This document shows, one piece after another, positions 6,508 to 9,245 of a stretch of 9,245 bases of DNA. Position 1 is the stretch's first letter. Each line of letters starts with the position of its first letter. The position numbers and the translations under genes were made by a program. The notes beneath the pieces are model-generated. The model worked only from the letters and a program-made list of their open reading frames with translations. It made no database searches and was not told the origin of the DNA. Origin of the DNA: a virus (lineage: Duplodnaviria; Heunggongvirae; Uroviricota; Caudoviricetes); the IMG/VR virus record IMGVR_UViG_2675903654_000011. One strand, 5' to 3'.

Positions 6508-7089
6508 ATGACAACTCAAATTTCTGTTGAAACTCTCTCCCCGATCACCCATAACCAGATTCCTGTTATTACCACCGAACTTTTGGCGCAGTTGTACGGT
6601 GCTGGAGTTAAGAACATTCAAAATAACTACGCCAGAAATGCTGAGCGCTTTATTGAAGGAAAGCATTTTTTCAAAGTGGCTGGCGATGCCCTGAAAAATT
6701 TGCGGGTAGCTTTAAACTACTCACAAAATTTGCAACCATCTTTAAGAGGGTTACAAATTTCCCCGAAAGCCCGCTCCCTCATCCTCTGGACAGAACGCGG
6801 AGCAGCCCGTCATGCCAAAATGCTGGAAACCGATCAGGCGTGGGATGTGTTCGAAAAGCTGGAAGACTGCTATTTCAGACAAAAGGATCCGTCAGCGCCA
6901 GTTTCATGCCAGAAAAGTTACGACACGCGAGTTCTCTGTTATCAGAGAGGCGGTGTCACTGTTTCCACAATTCAGTTACGGGATGATGATATTGTTATTT
7001 CCCTTGAGTCATGGCTGGAACTGGCGAGAGCCAATGGTTGGTTTGTTGTTCGCAGAGATAAACTGGTGGAAAGGTTGATGCAGCTTTAA
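6508..7089 (+). CDS. ORF6N / KilA-N-like domain protein, putative antirepressor-type regulator (193 aa)
   Basis: ATG at 6508 follows AGAGGG. The N-terminal segment ITTELLAQLYGAGVKNIQNNYARNAERFIEGKHFFKV resembles the ORF6N DNA-binding domain of phage antirepressors. An intrinsic terminator follows about 100 bp downstream. Confidence 0.55.
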   Translation: MTTQISVETLSPITHNQIPVITTELLAQLYGAGVKNIQNNYARNAERFIEGKHFFKVAGDALKNLRVALNYSQNLQPSLRGLQISPKARSLILWTERGAARHAKMLETDQAWDVFEKLEDCYFRQKDPSAPVSCQKSYDTRVLCYQRGGVTVSTIQLRDDDIVISLESWLELARANGWFVVRRDKLVERLMQL

Positions 7090-7188
7090 AAAAGTTCTTG
7101 CATTTTTGCACATAAACTGCTTCAATTCCTGTTTGCTTCGCAAAGCTGTATCGCGAGGCGAAACGCAAGTTTTTTTCGCACAAGGAAG

Positions 7189-7209
7189 CCACCGGAAGGT
7201 GGTTTTTTT
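7189..7209 (+). terminator. Rho-independent terminator after the ORF6N-like gene
   Basis: CCACC (7189-7193), loop GGAA, GGTGG (7198-7202), then seven T (7203-7209). Confidence 0.6.
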
Positions 7210-7332
7210 GTGTCCGTAATATACAGCAGCGCAATAAATTCGCTGGTGGTTATTAATACCGTTCTTTCAGCTTGCTGGCTTTTTCGACAAGAGTTATTGG
7301 TATGTCACGTTAACCGGAAAGGGTAAAAAGAC

Positions 7333-7530
7333 ATGCTGAAACAGCAGGATATGACAGAAACCGCCAGAGTTGTGTTTGATGAATTAAGCGTTACCGAACC
7401 GGCGACAGTCGGGGAGATTGCGCAGAATACTTACCTTTCACGCGAACGCTGCCAGTTAATACTGACCCAGCTGGTTATGGCGGGTCTGGCAGACTATCAG
7501 TGCGGTTGTTACAGACGCATTCAGTCCTGA
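7333..7530 (+). CDS. Small protein (65 aa), possible winged-helix DNA-binding fold
   Basis: ORF with a weak RBS (AAGGG). The pattern TVGEIAQNTYLSRERCQLILTQLVMAGLA resembles small FeoC-like winged-helix proteins. This is a weak inference. Confidence 0.4.
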   Translation: MLKQQDMTETARVVFDELSVTEPATVGEIAQNTYLSRERCQLILTQLVMAGLADYQCGCYRRIQS

Positions 7531-7563
7531 AGGCTTTTTATTTGTGGTAAATGGGCGGCTGGT

Positions 7564-7571
7564 GGGGGGGG
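7564..7571. repeat. Homopolymeric G8 tract within a G-rich segment (GGGCGGCTGGTGGGGGGGGCGGC)
   Basis: Read directly from the sequence. It lies about 95 bp upstream of the AraC-family gene start. Confidence 0.9.
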
Positions 7572-7665
7572 CGGCACCTGTCAGTCCTTTGCTTATGTGT
7601 TGATGATAATTTACCTTTTGGGGCTATAATTGAGCTAACCAATTGCTAATGAAAGTAAAATTATA

Positions 7666-8379
7666 ATGGCTGTTGTCTGTTCAGTTATCATGGTTTGCTC
7701 CCCAATTAATATTTTTCTTGAAAAGGATACGTTGTCACTTAAGCCAGGCTCAGTCGTTCTGGCCACCAAATGCATCAGGGAGCTTTTCCTTATGCATTAT
7801 GGCAAAGTTAAAATTGTCGATATAAGCGAATCCGTCGTAAGTCAATATCTGGAAAGTCAGCATAAGCTGACGAGGACTCGTCTGACTGACATTCCGCTTT
7901 ACCTGTTGCTGGAACCCAACAATCCTGCGTTGGCTGCGGCTTTAATTACCAGCCAGGGATTTTCCGGAGAGGTCACGGATATGTTTCTTATGATGGCCTG
8001 CCTGTCTCTGTTTGAAACAGATGAACGGATGTCATTGTTTTTAAGTGGATGTTTATCCAGCATAAGTGCCAAAGTCAGGGCGATAATTCAGACAGATATA
8101 TCAGCAAGCTGGACGCTTGGTGCGATTGCTCTACAGTTGCATATGAGTGAGAGTTTGTTAAAGACAAAACTGAAAAATGAAGGGGGCATGTTCAGTCGCT
8201 TGTTGCTGGAAGAGCGGATGCGTGTTGCTGTAAATATGTTATGTTCCCGGCATGGATATGGACAGGCTGTAGCAGAAAAATGCGGTTATTCAAGCAGGTC
8301 CTACTTTATTTCTGTATTTCACCGCTATTATGGCTTCCCGCCAGACAGATATGTATCCAGGCAAGGGCTTGATTATTGA
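7666..8379 (+). CDS. AraC/XylS-family transcriptional regulator (prophage-encoded), up to 237 aa
   Basis: The C-terminal 100 aa (WTLGAIALQLHMSESLLKTKLKNEGGMFSRLLLEERMRVAVNML...GYSSRSYFISVFHRYYGFPPDRY) is a typical double-HTH AraC domain. The start is uncertain: ATG 7666 overlaps a TATAAT hexamer, and ATG 7690 or 7792 are alternatives. Confidence 0.8.
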   Translation: MAVVCSVIMVCSPINIFLEKDTLSLKPGSVVLATKCIRELFLMHYGKVKIVDISESVVSQYLESQHKLTRTRLTDIPLYLLLEPNNPALAAALITSQGFSGEVTDMFLMMACLSLFETDERMSLFLSGCLSSISAKVRAIIQTDISASWTLGAIALQLHMSESLLKTKLKNEGGMFSRLLLEERMRVAVNMLCSRHGYGQAVAEKCGYSSRSYFISVFHRYYGFPPDRYVSRQGLDY

Positions 8380-8407
8380 TTTTCATCTGATTATTATTTT
8401 TTGGCTC

Positions 8408-8483
8408 GGCCCTTTAGCTCAGTGGTGAGAGCGAGCGACTCATAATCGCCAGGTCGCTGGTTCAAATCCAGCAAGGGCCACCA
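8408..8483 (+). tRNA. tRNA with CAU anticodon, ileX/ileZ-like (tRNA-Ile2 if lysidine-modified, otherwise Met)
   Basis: Acceptor GGCCCTT/AAGGGCC, D-stem GCTC/GAGC, anticodon loop CTCATAA, T-loop TTCAAAT, discriminator A, encoded CCA. Closely resembles recalled E. coli ileX. Confidence 0.85.
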
Positions 8484-8484
8484 A

Positions 8485-8561
8485 CCGCCACTAGCTCATC
8501 AGGAAAGAGCGTCAACCCTTTAAGTTGAGTGTGCGAGGTTCGAGTCCCCGGTGGCGGTCCA
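8485..8561 (+). tRNA. tRNA-like gene, isotype uncertain (positional anticodon UUU with a non-canonical C33)
   Basis: Acceptor CCGCCAC/GTGGCGG, D-stem GCTC/GAGC, anticodon stem TCAAC/GTTGA with loop CCTTTAA, T-loop TTCGAGT, encoded CCA. There is one A.C mismatch in the T-stem. It lies 1 nt after the previous tRNA. Confidence 0.6.
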
Positions 8562-8563
8562 GT

Positions 8564-8639
<76 letters not shown>

Positions 8640-8642
8640 TAT

Positions 8643-8717
<75 letters not shown>

Positions 8718-8723
8718 GTTAGA

Positions 8724-8769
8724 GTCTTTCAGTCTGCGATGATGGGAAATCCCGGAGTGACTGAAAGAC
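8724..8769. repeat. Perfect 11-bp inverted repeat GTCTTTCAGTC / GACTGAAAGAC with 24-nt spacer
   Basis: Read directly from the sequence, immediately after the last tRNA. A second 14-bp inverted repeat pair follows (TTATGAATGATCGC 8777-8790 and GCGATCATTCATAA 8836-8849). Confidence 0.85.
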
Positions 8770-8924
8770 GTTTAGGTTATGAATGATCGCTTTTTTTTGC
8801 AAAATTGCTGTGCAGAAATACTAACCTTCGGGCAGGCGATCATTCATAAGCACTCTGCTTTTATTCCGATTAACTGTGGGTGGTTTGTTGGATAGAGTGC
8901 TTTCCTGACTGTAGATCCAATTTC

Positions 8925-8949
8925 GCCCGCTTTTGCGGGCTTTTCTTTT
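8925..8949 (+). terminator. Rho-independent terminator about 60 bp upstream of the holin gene
   Basis: GCCCGC (8925-8930), loop TTTT, GCGGGC (8935-8940), then TTTTCTTTT. Confidence 0.65.
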
Positions 8950-9009
8950 CAAATCCCTTTCATCTCTCAGTGTAAAACTACGCCATCCGTTATTTGCGGA
9001 GGTGAGGCT

Positions 9010-9121
9010 ATGAAATCCATGGACAAAATTTCAACGGGCATTGCCTACGGCACCTCCGCAGGCAGTGCTGGCTACTGGTTTTTACAGTGGCTTGATCAAG
9101 TCAGTCCGTCACAGTGGGCTG
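9010..9121 (+). pseudogene. S: S21-type (pinholin) holin gene, interrupted after about 37 codons by an insertion sequence
   Basis: RBS GGAGGTGAGG precedes the ATG at 9010. The product begins [37 protein letters not shown], matching the recalled phage 21 S protein including the Met1/Met4 dual-start motif. After nt 9121 the frame runs into IS terminal sequence instead of the transmembrane domains. Confidence 0.8.
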
Positions 9122-9245
9122 TGAACCGCCCCGGGTTTCCTGGAGAGTGTTTTATCTGTGAACTCAGGCTGCCAGATCATCGTTTCCGATGGAAGCATAA
9201 TAAGCTTTTTCTGCTTCTGCCGGAGGAGTATGGCCCAGCCTTCCC
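9122..9245 (-). mobile_element. Terminal inverted repeat and adjoining end of an IS3-family element (IS629/IS1203-like), running off the window edge
   Basis: The terminus TGAACCGCCCCGGGTTTCCTGGAGAG begins at 9122 and matches the recalled right end of IS629 in reverse complement. The minus strand encodes a transposase C-terminus ending at 9164. Confidence 0.75.
9164..9245 (-). CDS. IS3-family transposase OrfB, C-terminal 26 codons (partial, continues beyond the window)
   Basis: Minus-strand translation of 9245..9164 gives ...[26 protein letters not shown] followed by a stop (complement of 9164-9166), about 40 nt inside the inverted repeat, as expected for an IS3-family orfB. Confidence 0.65.
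   Translation of the reverse strand, partial: GRLGHTPPAEAEKAYYASIGNDDLAA

Noticed and set aside
238-6666. Minus-strand ORFs in the track that lie inside + strand genes (238..612, 1077..1361, 1820..2098, 2390..2578, 2568..2855, 2837..3094, 3119..3517, 3525..3713, 4131..4397, 4999..5433, 5145..5354, 5436..5651, 5751..6083, 6002..6202, 6343..6666)
   Set aside because: Each is embedded antisense within a longer, better-supported + strand gene or within the PR'/terminator region. None has a convincing RBS. The gene organisation is uniformly + strand.
6812-7078. + strand 88-aa ORF inside the ORF6N gene in another frame
   Set aside because: Fully nested within the better-supported 193-aa ORF.
6995-7234. 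Minus-strand ORF (79 aa) spanning the 3' end of the ORF6N gene and the terminator region
   Set aside because: It overlaps the + strand gene end and an intrinsic terminator; no RBS; likely a chance ORF.
8485-8561. Assigning the second tRNA as tRNA-Arg (argN/argO-like) by analogy with Stx-phage tRNA arrays
   Set aside because: The only well-paired anticodon stem gives loop CCTTTAA (positional anticodon UUU), not UCU or CCU. The isotype is left open rather than forced to match the analogy.
8718-9009. Shiga toxin genes (stxA/stxB) between the tRNA array and the holin
   Set aside because: The interval is only about 290 bp and has no ORF of suitable size. The Stx-phage-like layout is present but the toxin cargo is not.

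Overview
This window reads as a contiguous stretch of a lambdoid (phage 21 / Stx-phage-like) prophage from an E. coli/Shigella-type genome, with nearly all genes on the + strand. Left to right: early-region accessory genes (an HTH protein, a small DPPH-motif methyltransferase-like protein, a large protein with a C-terminal DUF551-like tail), two unannotated small hydrophobic peptide ORFs, a hok/mok type I toxin locus with its terminator, a translationally coupled YbcN-like / YbcO-like / Q-like antiterminator block, a PR'-like promoter with a short-leader terminator, a regulatory cargo module (ORF6N antirepressor-like protein, small winged-helix-like protein, AraC-family regulator preceded by a G8 tract), four tandem tRNA genes, and an S21-type holin start that is cut after about 37 codons by the end of an IS3-family (IS629/IS1203-like) element. 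No CRISPR array, stx genes or integrase are present. All family assignments come from motif recognition and recalled sequences, not from searches; coordinates of starts are best estimates.
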